Shown here: positions 10,323 through 20,963 of the stretch, piece after piece
Layout of the letters: every line of letters begins with the position of its first letter
Numbering within the stretch: the stretch's first letter is position 1
DNA from: an uncultured Lachnospiraceae bacterium
GTDB lineage: Bacteria; Bacillota; Clostridia; Lachnospirales; Lachnospiraceae
Reading direction: 5' to 3'
Length of the DNA stretch: 64,000 nucleotides
Assembly: GCA_964369425.1 (NCBI GenBank)
Contig: CAYJGW010000006.1
Span: 5,396-69,395 of the forward strand
The notes under the pieces: generated by a model
What the model was told of the DNA's origin: nothing
Database searches by the model: none
The model's input: the letters and a program-made list of their open reading frames with translations, nothing else
Position numbers and translations under genes: made by a program

Positions 10323-10816
10323 TGCGATATGCACAGATTAGAAATTGTGATGTTGCAAATGGTGAAGGAATTAGAACATCCCTGTATGTACAGGGGTGTT
10401 CTAGACATTGTGAGGGATGTTTTAACAAAGAAACATGGGATTTTAACGGCGGAAACCCTTGGGATGAAAAGATAGAAAGCCAATTTTTGCAACTGATAGG
10501 AAAGCCACATATTGTAGGTGTGACGATATTAGGAGGGGAACCATTAGACCCGCAAAATATCGATGAGGTCCATGAATTGGTAGGGAAGATTCGAGAAATG
10601 TATCCAAATAAGACGATATGGATATATACATCCTACCTATATGAGGAATTATTGAGCGATCAAAGAGAGTTACTAGAAAAGATAGACGTATTAGTAGATG
10701 GCGAATTTATTGAAAATGAAAAAAGCATGAATCTGCAATTCAAAGGAAGTCAAAACCAAAGAGTGATTCGTGTTAAGGAGTCGCTAAAAAAGGGGGAAGT
10801 ATGTCTTTACAATTAG
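10322..10816 (+). CDS. nrdG: anaerobic ribonucleotide reductase activating protein (radical SAM)
   Basis: GEGIRTSLYVQGCSRHCEGCFN (CX3CX2C); 164 aa. Its start overlaps the nrdD stop (TAATG). Confidence 0.9.
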   Translation: MRYAQIRNCDVANGEGIRTSLYVQGCSRHCEGCFNKETWDFNGGNPWDEKIESQFLQLIGKPHIVGVTILGGEPLDPQNIDEVHELVGKIREMYPNKTIWIYTSYLYEELLSDQRELLEKIDVLVDGEFIENEKSMNLQFKGSQNQRVIRVKESLKKGEVCLYN

Positions 10817-13800
10817 TGTTAGGGAATGCAGGTGCAGGAAAAACACAGTATCTGTACGACACAATTATTCAGGAATCGATCAAAAATCCTCAAAAGAGAT
10901 ATTTAGTATTAGTACCAGAGCAGTTTACCATACAGACGCAGAGAGAATTTGTACTCCGACATCCAAATAAAGGGATTATGAATATTGATGTATTGAGTTT
11001 TGGACGTCTTGCGCATCGCGTATTTGAAGAAATTGGGAAAACAAATAGTATTGTGCTAGATGATGAGGGAAAAAATTTAGTCTTACGTAAAATAGCAGGA
11101 GACTACGAAGCGGAGTTAAAAGTATTTGGTAAGAATTTAAAGAAATTAGGGTATATTAATGAGATAAAATCAGTGATTTCTGAGTTGTCACAATATGCTA
11201 TAAGCATAGAAGATTTAGAAGCGTTTAAAGAGTCGCTTCCAGAGTTTTCTATGCTTTCTTATAAGTTGGAAGATATTTATAAAGTGTATAAAGGGTTCAA
11301 AGAATATTTAGAAGGGAAATATATTACAGGTGAAGAGCTGTTAGAGGTACTCAGTAGTGTGGTGGATACATCAGAAGTCATAAGAGGAAGTGTGATTGCC
11401 TTCGATGGCTTTACTGGTTTTACACCGATTCAGAATAAATTGTTAGGAAAATTATTTGCACTGAGTGAGAAAACTTATGTTACGGTTACGATAGACCATC
11501 GAGAATCCTATCAAGAGTATAATCATCCATATCAATTATTTGCATTGAGTAAGGGGATGATTGCAAGTACACAGCAAATAGCAAAAGACTATCATATAAA
11601 GATTGATGATCCGATTATCTTAAATGGGGAAAGTGAAGGCCGCCATAAAGACAAGAAGGCATTGCAATTTTTAGAAAAAAATCTATTCCGTTATTCAAAT
11701 CAAGAGTATGAAGAATCTCAAGAAGAAATAGTGATCCGTAGAGGAAGGAACCCTTTAGAAGAATGTAAATTTATTGCAGAAGAGATACAGAGACTCATCC
11801 GATTAAAGGGGTATCGATATCGACAGGTAGGAATCATAGCTACAGATATGGACGGATATGTCAATCACATCAAACGAGCGTTTGAGGAACATCAAATTCC
11901 ATTATTTACAGATCAAAAAAGAAATATACTGATGAATGCATTTGTAGAGTATGTGCGTAGTCTGCTAGACATGGAGGTGGAAAGATATTCCATGCAGAGT
12001 GTGCTGCGTTTTTTAAAAGCTGGATATGCTCCATTTCACAGCGAAGAAATCGAAGATGTAGAGAATTATATGATAGCACTTGGTGTGAAAGGGTATAAAA
12101 AGTGGCAAGAGCCTTGGCTTAGAAAAAGCAAAAGAATGACAGAGACGGATTTGGAAAAAGTGAACCATATTCGAGTCAAGTTCGTGGAACATATCGATGG
12201 CTTTCATATAGCTTTAAAGAGGCGTAAGAAAACGGTTCGAGATATAGCAGTGGCCTTATATGAATTTCTTCAAGTCAATGGAATAGAGACTGTGATTGCA
12301 GAATATGTGAACAGATTTACAGAAGAAGGGTTATTGGCATTGGCAAAAGAGCATGAGCAAATCTACGCAGTGACAATGTCATTGTTAGATAAGTTCGTAG
12401 AATTGCTAGGAGATACAGTAGTGTCAGTGAAAGAGTTTAGCGAACTTTTAGAGGCTGGATTCCAGGAATGTAAAATAGGAATTACTCCACCGAATGTGGA
12501 TTCGGTAGTCTTGGGAGATTTGGAACGAAGCCGTTTTGATGAAATCAAGGTTTTGTTTGTGTTAGGCGCAAATGACACGAATCTACCAGGGAAGATGAAT
12601 GCAGGTGGATTACTAAGTGAAGGAGATCGGCAACGATTTAAAGAAGGGAAGCTAAATCTAAAGCCAGGTATCAAGGAAGAGCTGTATATTCAAAAGTTTT
12701 ATTTATATTTGAATTTATTAAAACCAACAAATCAACTTTATTTATCTTATGCAAAGACAAATAATCAGGGAAAAAGCATCCGACCTGCATATTTGATTAA
12801 TGAAGTGACCAAAATGTATTCTAGTATCCAAATTCAGGACATAGAGTTTGGTGTAGAAATGCGAGAATTTACCAACCAGTCTGCAATGGAGCTGTTTATC
12901 TGTGGATTGCACAATAGAGAGGATAGAAGACAGATAGAATGGCAGGCACTGTACAAAGCTTATACAGAAGACGAGACGTGGAGAGAGATGGCAAAAATTG
13001 TATGTGAAGCAAATCGCTATAAAAATCACCGAAATTATTTGTCGCAAGAGACAAGTGAAGCGTTGTATGGGAAAGAGCTGTTAAACAGTGTTAGCAGGCT
13101 AGAGGGGTTTGCAAGATGCCCTTTCGCACATTTTATGACCTATGGATTGGGGATACAGGAAAGGGAAGTATTTGAATTTGAACCGATGGACATGGGGAAT
13201 GTATTCCATGATGCATTGGAAAGATATGGGATTGAGTTGCAACAGGCAGGAGAGCAATGGAACGAGATAGAGGAAGAGAAGCAGGAAGCATTAATTAATC
13301 GTGTAGTAGATGAATGTATCACAGATTATGGGAATTCGGTATTGTACCAAAATGCAAGAGAAACTTATACTATCGACAGAATAAAGCGATTGTTAAAGCG
13401 AAGTATCTGGGCGATTACAAAGCAGTTGAGTTATGGTGCATTCGTACCTAGTGCATATGAGATGACTTTTGGAAGTCATTCGAACCTTCAGACTACCAAA
13501 ATACAGTTAACAGATGAAAAATCAATGAGGCTAAGAGGGAAAATAGATCGAATTGATTTATGCGAGACAGATGAGCGGATCTATGTGAAAGTTGTAGATT
13601 ACAAGAGTGGATATCAAAAGATGGATTTTGTGGATATGTATCATGGTTTACAATTGCAACTTTTTGTATACATGAATGCAGCAGTGGAACAAGAAGCACT
13701 TAAAAATAAGCAGAAAAAAGTTGTGCCAGGAGGTGTGTTTTATTTTCGTATTGATGACCCAATTGTAGAGACTTATGATGAAGGAAAAGTTGAAACTGGA

Positions 13801-14202
13801 ATGTTGGAGGCATTGATGCTAGATGGGGTTGTGAACAGTGGTGCAGAAGCAATAGATGCTTTTGATAAAGAGTTGGATAAAAAATCATATGCGATTCCAG
13901 TTACGAAAAATAAAGATGGTAGTCTCTCGAAATATTCAAAGGCAATATCAGAAGAATTGTTTCAGACTTTTTCGGAATTTACGAGTAAGAGAGTAAAGGA
14001 AATTGGGCAAGAGATTGTGGAAGGTAATGTGGAGGTCAAACCTTATAAAAAGGATAGTGAAACCGCATGTGAGTACTGCAAATATAGGAATATCTGTAGG
14101 TTTGATGCGAAGGTTTTAGGGGATTGTTATCGTGTGATAAAAAAAGAAAGTAAGGAACAAGCGATAGAACGAATCGTTGAGGAGATGAATGATGGGTGTT
14201 AA
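10801..14202 (+). CDS. addB: helicase-exonuclease AddAB, subunit B
   Basis: 1133 aa. N-terminal GNAGAGKT Walker A, C-terminal RecB-like nuclease with Fe-S cysteines (FARCPFAHF ... CEYCKYRNICRF). 16-nt overlap with nrdG. Confidence 0.9.
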   Translation: MSLQLVLGNAGAGKTQYLYDTIIQESIKNPQKRYLVLVPEQFTIQTQREFVLRHPNKGIMNIDVLSFGRLAHRVFEEIGKTNSIVLDDEGKNLVLRKIAGDYEAELKVFGKNLKKLGYINEIKSVISELSQYAISIEDLEAFKESLPEFSMLSYKLEDIYKVYKGFKEYLEGKYITGEELLEVLSSVVDTSEVIRGSVIAFDGFTGFTPIQNKLLGKLFALSEKTYVTVTIDHRESYQEYNHPYQLFALSKGMIASTQQIAKDYHIKIDDPIILNGESEGRHKDKKALQFLEKNLFRYSNQEYEESQEEIVIRRGRNPLEECKFIAEEIQRLIRLKGYRYRQVGIIATDMDGYVNHIKRAFEEHQIPLFTDQKRNILMNAFVEYVRSLLDMEVERYSMQSVLRFLKAGYAPFHSEEIEDVENYMIALGVKGYKKWQEPWLRKSKRMTETDLEKVNHIRVKFVEHIDGFHIALKRRKKTVRDIAVALYEFLQVNGIETVIAEYVNRFTEEGLLALAKEHEQIYAVTMSLLDKFVELLGDTVVSVKEFSELLEAGFQECKIGITPPNVDSVVLGDLERSRFDEIKVLFVLGANDTNLPGKMNAGGLLSEGDRQRFKEGKLNLKPGIKEELYIQKFYLYLNLLKPTNQLYLSYAKTNNQGKSIRPAYLINEVTKMYSSIQIQDIEFGVEMREFTNQSAMELFICGLHNREDRRQIEWQALYKAYTEDETWREMAKIVCEANRYKNHRNYLSQETSEALYGKELLNSVSRLEGFARCPFAHFMTYGLGIQEREVFEFEPMDMGNVFHDALERYGIELQQAGEQWNEIEEEKQEALINRVVDECITDYGNSVLYQNARETYTIDRIKRLLKRSIWAITKQLSYGAFVPSAYEMTFGSHSNLQTTKIQLTDEKSMRLRGKIDRIDLCETDERIYVKVVDYKSGYQKMDFVDMYHGLQLQLFVYMNAAVEQEALKNKQKKVVPGGVFYFRIDDPIVETYDEGKVETGMLEALMLDGVVNSGAEAIDAFDKELDKKSYAIPVTKNKDGSLSKYSKAISEELFQTFSEFTSKRVKEIGQEIVEGNVEVKPYKKDSETACEYCKYRNICRFDAKVLGDCYRVIKKESKEQAIERIVEEMNDGC

Positions 14203-17200
14203 ATGGACAACGGAACAACAAAAGGTAATATCCTTGCGAGATAGTAATATATTGGTATCTGCAGCGGCTGGCTCTGGAAAGACAGCCGTATTAGTTGAGC
14301 GAATTATTACAAGGTTGACAAAAGATAAAACGCCATTAAATGTGGATGAATTGTTAATCGTTACATTTACGGAGGCGGCTGCATCAGAGATGAGAGAGCG
14401 AATTTTGGCAGCGATAGAAAAGGCGCTTATAGCAGAACCTCAAAATGAACATTTACAAAAGCAAGCAACATTGATTCATTCTGCGTCCATCACCACAATT
14501 CATAGTTTTTGCCTATCTGTAATACGTGAATATTTTCATGTGATTGATTTAGATCCAGGGTTTCGAATCGGAGATGAGGGAGAACTAAAGCTTTTAAAGC
14601 AAGAGGTAATCGAAAATTTAATTATTAATGAGTACGAAAATGCCAAACCAGAATTTCTTCATTTTGTGGAATGCATGGCGCCTGGAAAGCATGATAAAAA
14701 TCTAGAAGAGATAATCTTAAAAATTTATGAATTTTCTAGGAGTTATCCAATTCCGAAAATATGGCTTCAAGAGTGTGTGAAGAATTATAGTATTGAAACA
14801 CTAGAAGAATTAGAGGAGTCTATATTTGCAAAGATTATTAAAGAGGATACCAAACGAATTATAGAGGATTTGAAAGGGTGTTTACAACAAGCAATTGCTG
14901 TGTGCAATGAAGCTGATGGACCATTAGCATACGAAAAAACACTGCAATCAGATCAAGTGAATTTAGAGAGCATAGAAGGTTCTAGTAGTTACCAAGAATT
15001 ATGTCGAGCATTTGCTTTAATATCATGGAGTCGATTAGCTCCAAATAAAGATAAGACCAATGATCCTGATAAAGTGGAGTACGTAAAAAGTATTAGAGAG
15101 ATGATAAAAGATAGTGTGAAGTCATTAAAGGAACAGTATTTTGCAGTATCAGTAGAGCAAGTGCTAAAAGACATTCAAGATGCAAAGCAAGTAGTTCAAA
15201 TTTTAGTGGATTTAGTGAATCGATTTTCTAGCGAATACCGCAAAGAAAAGACGAAAAAAAACTTGATTGACTACGGAGATATGGAACATTTTGCACTTCA
15301 AATATTGACAGAGGAGCAAGAGGGAGAATTGGTTCCTTCTGCAATTGCAAAAGCGTATCAAGAAAAATTTGGAGAGATTATGATTGATGAGTATCAAGAC
15401 AGCAACTTGATACAAGAGGCTATCTTGACTAGCGTATCCAAAGTGAATCAGGGAATCTACAATGTTTTTATGGTAGGAGATGTAAAACAGAGCATCTATA
15501 GTTTTCGTTTATCAAGACCGGAATTGTTTATGGAAAAGTTTCACTCTTATTCTACAACAGCAGGAGAAAGACAAAGAATTGATTTGCACAAAAATTTTCG
15601 AAGTCGCGGCGAAGTATTAGACAGCACCAACTATATATTTTATAAAATTATGCAGGAACAATTAGGCGGGATAGCATACGACAAGGATGCAGCACTTTAT
15701 GTAGGGGCAGACTATGAGACCAAGGGTGGAAATGAGGCGGAAATCTTGGTTTTTAATGGTGCGATGGAAAAGGATGCATTAGAAGAAGAGGATACAGATC
15801 GAGAATTAGAGGCGAGAGCGGTTGCTAGAAGAATCAAAGAATTAATAAAAAATCATACAGTTCTTGATAAGCAGACAGGTGAATACCGTACAGTGCGTTA
15901 TAGTGACATTGTGTTGCTGACTCGTAGTATGAAAGGCTGGAGTGATGTATTTTCTTCCGTATTGAATGATGAAGGAATACCTACAAATGTAACAAGCAAA
16001 GAAGGGTATTTCTCCACGTGGGAAATTGGACTTTTACTAGATTACTTAAGGGTGATTGACAATAAAAGGCAAGACATACCATTGACGACAATACTGCGTT
16101 CACCAATCGGAAAGTTGACAGATGAAGAATTGGCTAAAATACGCAGTTGCAATAAAGAACTTTCATTTTATCAAGGTGTGCTACAGTATGCAAAAGATGA
16201 AGCACTGGAGGATGAAACTAAGGAAAAATTGAATCGATGTTTGAATCAAATTCATGGGTTTCGTCAAAAGGCACCTCACACACCTATTCATGAACTTTTA
16301 TGGGAAATTTTAAGAGAGACAGGATTAGAGCATTATATTTATGGAATGCCAGGAGGACAGCAGAGAAAAGCCAATGTAGAAATGTTGATAGAAAAAGCGA
16401 TGGACTTTGAACGAAGTAGCTACAAAGGAATGTTTCACTTTATTCGCTATATTGAGCAGCTACATAAATATGAAGTGGATTTTGGGGAAGCTAGTATCAC
16501 AGATGAGAAGGACGATACCGTAAGAATTATGAGTATTCATAAGAGTAAAGGATTAGAGTTCCCTGTTGTCTTTGTGATCGGAATGGGGAAAGGGTTCAAT
16601 GCACAAGATACAAAAAGTAAAGTGGTTACGCATCCCATACTTGGTCTTGGGATTGATACAGTAGATCCAGTTAAGCGAACGAAAGCGAAAGGCTTGATGA
16701 AAAAAGTTATACAGCGTCAGTTGACTCTAGATATGTTGGGAGAAGAATTGCGGGTGCTTTATGTCGCTATGACAAGGGCAAAAGAAAAGTTAATACTGAC
16801 AGGAAAAGTGAAAGACTACGAAAAGATGAGACAAGGGTTAGAATTGCAGCCAATTCAAGGAGATATACCATTGAATTATTCTGAGGTAGCAAAAGCGAGA
16901 AGCTACTATGATTGGATACTGCCTTGTGTATTGAAAAATCCTCTGCAGAGGCCATCTTATATTAAGGTGAGAGAAATTCTGGAAGACGAATTGATAAGAG
17001 CCGATGTTCAAGAAGAAGTGGAAGAGGTGTTTGATTATTTAGAACTACAACAATTGCAGACACAATCTTTTGAAGAAGTACCTTATTATCAAATGTTAAA
17101 ACAACAGTTATCCTACACCTATCCATATGAAAAAGAAGGTGAATTCACCCTGAAATTTACGGTATCTGAACTAAAGAAGAGATATGTCGAAGAAGATGGG

Positions 17201-17773
17201 CAACCCTTGATAGAACCAGAGGTAACAAAGGTTCCAAACTTTATTCAAGAACAAAGTATGAAGGAGAATAAAGGGGCGATACGAGGGACAGCATATCATA
17301 GGGTAATGGAATGTATTGATTTTAAGAGAGAGTATGAACCACAAGACGTGAAAGCGCATATAGAGCAAATGGTGAAAGAGGGAAAGATAGAGGGCGAGAT
17401 AGCGTCAGCAATCAATCCGGACGATGTATATCTGTTTTTACAAAGTGACATAGGAAAGCGCATGCGAGAAGCAGATTTAAGAGGAAAGTTATTTAAGGAG
17501 CAACCATTTGTAATCGGTATCCCTGCGATGGAGATTTATGGAGTAGATAGTGAGGAGATCATATTGATTCAAGGTGTAATTGATGTATATTTTGAAGAAG
17601 ATGGGAAAAATGTGCTATTGGATTATAAGACAGATAAGGTTAAGACAGCACAGAAGTTGAGAGAGAAGTACGCGGTACAACTTGACTATTACGGTCGAGC
17701 ATTGGAACAACTAACAGGGTATAAGACTAATGAAAAAATCATCTATTCATTTACATTGCAATGCGTGATATAA
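14189..17773 (+). CDS. addA: helicase-exonuclease AddAB, subunit A (UvrD-type helicase plus nuclease)
   Basis: 1194 aa. AAAGSGKT, TFTEAAA, DEYQDSN, VGDVKQSIY.FR, MSIHKSKGLEFPVV, and C-terminal nuclease GVIDVYF...LLDYKTD. Overlaps addB by 14 nt. Confidence 0.92.
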   Translation: MMGVKWTTEQQKVISLRDSNILVSAAAGSGKTAVLVERIITRLTKDKTPLNVDELLIVTFTEAAASEMRERILAAIEKALIAEPQNEHLQKQATLIHSASITTIHSFCLSVIREYFHVIDLDPGFRIGDEGELKLLKQEVIENLIINEYENAKPEFLHFVECMAPGKHDKNLEEIILKIYEFSRSYPIPKIWLQECVKNYSIETLEELEESIFAKIIKEDTKRIIEDLKGCLQQAIAVCNEADGPLAYEKTLQSDQVNLESIEGSSSYQELCRAFALISWSRLAPNKDKTNDPDKVEYVKSIREMIKDSVKSLKEQYFAVSVEQVLKDIQDAKQVVQILVDLVNRFSSEYRKEKTKKNLIDYGDMEHFALQILTEEQEGELVPSAIAKAYQEKFGEIMIDEYQDSNLIQEAILTSVSKVNQGIYNVFMVGDVKQSIYSFRLSRPELFMEKFHSYSTTAGERQRIDLHKNFRSRGEVLDSTNYIFYKIMQEQLGGIAYDKDAALYVGADYETKGGNEAEILVFNGAMEKDALEEEDTDRELEARAVARRIKELIKNHTVLDKQTGEYRTVRYSDIVLLTRSMKGWSDVFSSVLNDEGIPTNVTSKEGYFSTWEIGLLLDYLRVIDNKRQDIPLTTILRSPIGKLTDEELAKIRSCNKELSFYQGVLQYAKDEALEDETKEKLNRCLNQIHGFRQKAPHTPIHELLWEILRETGLEHYIYGMPGGQQRKANVEMLIEKAMDFERSSYKGMFHFIRYIEQLHKYEVDFGEASITDEKDDTVRIMSIHKSKGLEFPVVFVIGMGKGFNAQDTKSKVVTHPILGLGIDTVDPVKRTKAKGLMKKVIQRQLTLDMLGEELRVLYVAMTRAKEKLILTGKVKDYEKMRQGLELQPIQGDIPLNYSEVAKARSYYDWILPCVLKNPLQRPSYIKVREILEDELIRADVQEEVEEVFDYLELQQLQTQSFEEVPYYQMLKQQLSYTYPYEKEGEFTLKFTVSELKKRYVEEDGQPLIEPEVTKVPNFIQEQSMKENKGAIRGTAYHRVMECIDFKREYEPQDVKAHIEQMVKEGKIEGEIASAINPDDVYLFLQSDIGKRMREADLRGKLFKEQPFVIGIPAMEIYGVDSEEIILIQGVIDVYFEEDGKNVLLDYKTDKVKTAQKLREKYAVQLDYYGRALEQLTGYKTNEKIIYSFTLQCVI

Positions 17774-17807
17774 TTTTAGAAAGAATGTAAAATAAGGAGC
17801 GGACGAG

Positions 17808-19001
17808 ATGTTAAAAGGAAAAACTATAGTCCTTGGAATTACAGGAGGAATTGCAGCATATAAAATAGCAACGTTAGCAAGTTTGCTTGTAAAGCAACAT
17901 GCCAACGTGCATGTGATTATGACGGAGAATGCACAAAAATTTATCACACCATATACGTTTGATGCGCTGACCCACAATCGTACGGTGACAGAGACGTTTG
18001 ACCGAAGTCATGCCTTTGAGGTGGAGCATGTAGAGCTTGCAAAAAAGGCGGATTTGATACTGGTAGCACCAGCAACTGCTAATGTAATTGGGAAAATGGT
18101 CAATGGAATTGCAGATGATATGCTTACAACTACAATTTTAGCAGCTAGATGTAAAGTGCTTGTGGCACCAGCGATGAATACAGGAATGTATGAAAATCCA
18201 ATTGTCCAAGATAATTTGGAAAAATTAAAATCGTATGGTATGGGAATGATTTCGCCAAATGAAGGAAATTTGGCATGTGGTGATGTGGGAATGGGAAAAA
18301 TGGAAGAACCAGAAGCCTTATTGGAACATATCATACAAGAGGTTGCATACCAAAAGGATATGGAAGGGCTTCGAGTGTTGGTCACAGCAGGGGCAACAAG
18401 AGAGAGTTTGGATCCAGTGCGATTTATTACCAATCATTCAACGGGGAAGATGGGATATTCATTAGCAAGAGCTTGTCAGCTTCGTGGAGCAGAGGTGACA
18501 TTGATTACAGGCGTAACGAACTTAAAAAAACCCTTAGGCGTAACAGTTATCGATATAGTGACGGCAGCAGATATGTATGAAGCAGTGAATAGCCGGTTAG
18601 AAAATCAAGATATTGTTATAAAATCTGCAGCGGTGGCAGATTATAGACCGGCAGAGATTCATGAAAACAAATTGAAGAAATCGACAGAAGAAATGCACCT
18701 TAAGATGGAGCGTACAAAAGATATCTTAAAGTCTATTGGGGAGCAAAAAACAAAAGGGCAGTATATCTGTGGATTTTCGATGGAGACAGAAGAATTAATT
18801 GCAAATTCTAGGAAAAAATTACAAGCCAAAAATTTGGATATGATTATTGCGAATAATCTAAAAGTAGAAGGAGCAGGATTTGGGGTAGACACAAATGTGG
18901 TAACCGTCATCACTAAGACTGGAGATATCACCTTGCCACTGATGAGTAAGGAAAAGATTGCATTTTTAATCTTAAATGAAATTTTAAGTGAGAGAAAATA
19001 A
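17808..19001 (+). CDS. coaBC: bifunctional phosphopantothenoylcysteine decarboxylase / phosphopantothenate-cysteine ligase
   Basis: N-terminal flavoprotein domain (GITGGIAAYK...PAMN..M) and C-terminal CoaB domain (VTAG.T.E.LDPVRFI.N.S.GKMG); 397 aa. Confidence 0.9.
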   Translation: MLKGKTIVLGITGGIAAYKIATLASLLVKQHANVHVIMTENAQKFITPYTFDALTHNRTVTETFDRSHAFEVEHVELAKKADLILVAPATANVIGKMVNGIADDMLTTTILAARCKVLVAPAMNTGMYENPIVQDNLEKLKSYGMGMISPNEGNLACGDVGMGKMEEPEALLEHIIQEVAYQKDMEGLRVLVTAGATRESLDPVRFITNHSTGKMGYSLARACQLRGAEVTLITGVTNLKKPLGVTVIDIVTAADMYEAVNSRLENQDIVIKSAAVADYRPAEIHENKLKKSTEEMHLKMERTKDILKSIGEQKTKGQYICGFSMETEELIANSRKKLQAKNLDMIIANNLKVEGAGFGVDTNVVTVITKTGDITLPLMSKEKIAFLILNEILSERK

Positions 19002-19002
19002 A

Positions 19003-19030
19003 ATAGTTCAGCCGATATAGGCTGAACTAT
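19003..19030. terminator. bidirectional intrinsic terminator between the convergent coaBC and zinc-ribbon genes
   Basis: Perfect 11-bp stem, atagttcagcc (19003-19013) with ggctgaactat (19020-19030), and a 6-nt loop. Confidence 0.65.
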
Positions 19031-19032
19031 GA

Positions 19033-19434
19033 TTAACTTTTCTTAATGAAATCTGTATGACACGCTGGACAGTGGATGCTAATGCGTCCCTTGCCTCGTG
19101 GAATACGGATTTTTTGTTTGCAAGAAGGACATTTATAGATATGATTCACTTTTCTATCAAGTAACTTATGTTGTAAAACGGAGAAATCTTTTCTGATTTT
19201 AGCCGTATCTTGGAGAAATTTTTGGTTTTCAGAGGCGCGTTTATAGATATTTCTAGAGAACATTCTATAATTGCCGTAGATAATTAATGCTAGTGCAGCA
19301 ATTGTCAAGACAATAGCATCTATGAATAGATTAAAGGTTGCGAGAATGATAGCACCCCATAAAATGGCACGTGACAGTGAATCAGCTCCATATCGACCAC
19401 GCATGAATAGCATGATTTTTTCTTTTATATCCAT
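19033..19434 (-). CDS. membrane-anchored zinc-ribbon protein (function unknown)
   Basis: 133 aa. Two central hydrophobic helices and a C-terminal CPSC...18 aa...CPAC zinc-ribbon pattern. Confidence 0.6.
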   Translation of the reverse strand: MDIKEKIMLFMRGRYGADSLSRAILWGAIILATFNLFIDAIVLTIAALALIIYGNYRMFSRNIYKRASENQKFLQDTAKIRKDFSVLQHKLLDRKVNHIYKCPSCKQKIRIPRGKGRISIHCPACHTDFIKKS

Positions 19435-19565
19435 ATAAACTTCCTCATTCTTTCTTTTTTAGTAAAAAAAGAATAACACATTAGACAAAAAAAGTGTTGT
19501 TTTTTTGCAAAAGTTAACATATGATATGAAATTTTAACAATTTCTTATTTCCGTTAAATTTAACG

Positions 19566-19593
19566 TTGCAACGAGTGAAAGTAGTGATATAAT
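19566..19593 (+). promoter_or_regulatory. promoter candidate (TTGCAA-16-TGaTATAAT, extended -10)
   Basis: TTGCAA at 19566-19571 and TATAAT at 19588-19593 preceded by TGA; about 35 nt upstream of the ThrE-family gene. Confidence 0.5.
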
Positions 19594-19627
19594 GGAAATC
19601 AAAATGTAGTGTAGTGAGGTGTTGTGT

Positions 19628-20428
19628 ATGGAACATCATGAAAATATAAATAAACAAGAAATTCTTGAATTTGCAGTGGAGTGTGGGAGAATGCTCCTAC
19701 AAAATGGAGCTGAGATTTTCAGAGTAGAAGAAACCATAGAGTTGATTTGTGCTCATTACGATATAGAAGACATCAATACCTTTGTTCTGTCAAATGGAAT
19801 ATTTGTAACGGCGAAAAAGGGAACGGATGATATGTACGCAAAAGTGACTCATGTTCCACTTAGAAGTGCACATTTAGGTCGTGTAGATGCAATTAATGAT
19901 TTGTCTAGAAGAATTTGTGGTGGGCAGATTTCCCTGGAGGATGCGGCGATTCACCTTGAAGATATTGAAAAAATGCCAGAGTTTAGTAATGCTTTGTTAA
20001 TAGCGGCTTCTGGATTTGGTAGTGCAAGCTTTTGTTACCTTATGGGGGGAACAGTGTTAGATAGCATATTTACCTTGGCAATTGGTGGGCTGTTATATGT
20101 GTTGTTAATCAAAGCAAAGAAATGGAAGTGGCCAAAGATGATTACCAATATAGCAGGTGGTGCATTTATCACCTTATTTGCAGTATTGATGTATGATTTT
20201 GCAGGACATAGTTTACCGATTACCTTGGACAAGATGATTGTGGGCTCTATTTTACCGATGGTTCCAGGGGTAGGATTTGTGAACTCCATCCGAGATATTG
20301 CCAATAGTGATTTTCTTTCTGGAACAGTAAGGATGATCGATACACTTTTGTCATTTGTCTATATAGCAATTGGAGTTGGATTTGTGCTGATAACTTATGC
20401 AGATGATTTTGGAGGTGTAATCATATGA
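19628..20428 (+). CDS. threonine/serine exporter family protein (ThrE N-type, DUF1212-like)
   Basis: ILEFAVECGRMLLQNGAEIFRVEETIE... followed by multiple TM helices. The ATG at 19628 follows GTGAGGTG. Confidence 0.75.
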   Translation: MEHHENINKQEILEFAVECGRMLLQNGAEIFRVEETIELICAHYDIEDINTFVLSNGIFVTAKKGTDDMYAKVTHVPLRSAHLGRVDAINDLSRRICGGQISLEDAAIHLEDIEKMPEFSNALLIAASGFGSASFCYLMGGTVLDSIFTLAIGGLLYVLLIKAKKWKWPKMITNIAGGAFITLFAVLMYDFAGHSLPITLDKMIVGSILPMVPGVGFVNSIRDIANSDFLSGTVRMIDTLLSFVYIAIGVGFVLITYADDFGGVII

Positions 20429-20859
20429 TTTTAAATATTGTAGTGAATATCATTTGCTCCTTTATAGGCACTGTTGCATTTTCCATTTTGTTTTGTGTTC
20501 CGAAAAGATATTATTTGTGGTGTGGAATCACAGGGGTTGTAGGGTGGATGGTATATGTACTCGCTATTAATGTTTCATCGGAATTGGTATCAAATTTTTT
20601 GGGAACAGTAATAGTAGTGTTAATGGCAAGAATTTTAGCCGTCTATAAGCGGTGTCCAATTACCATATTTTTGATACCAGGAATTTTTCCGTTGATACCA
20701 GGTAGTAGTGTGTATTACACAGTGTATTATTTAGTTACAGAGCAATATAATCAGTCGATTAATTCAGCAGGTAAAGCATTAACGATAGCATTTGCCATTG
20801 TGCTTGGAATCGTCTGTGTCGTATCGATACCAAAGAAGCATTTTATCTTAAAAAAGTAA
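20425..20859 (+). CDS. threonine/serine exporter family protein (ThrE C-type, DUF3815-like)
   Basis: 144-aa four-helix membrane protein with a 4-nt overlap with the preceding gene. This is the typical split ThrE pair. Confidence 0.75.
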   Translation: MILNIVVNIICSFIGTVAFSILFCVPKRYYLWCGITGVVGWMVYVLAINVSSELVSNFLGTVIVVLMARILAVYKRCPITIFLIPGIFPLIPGSSVYYTVYYLVTEQYNQSINSAGKALTIAFAIVLGIVCVVSIPKKHFILKK

Positions 20860-20865
20860 TAGTAA

Positions 20866-20894
20866 TTGACAAATGCTGAGAAATAAGTTAGTAT
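20866..20894 (+). promoter_or_regulatory. promoter candidate for the aro operon (TTGACA-17-TAGTAT)
   Basis: TTGACA at 20866-20871 and TAGTAT at 20889-20894. Confidence 0.5.
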
Positions 20895-20963
20895 AGTAAA
20901 ATAGTTTTCCGCTTTAAACCACTAAAGTGGATGAGAGAAAATAAAAAGAACTGGAGAAACAAG

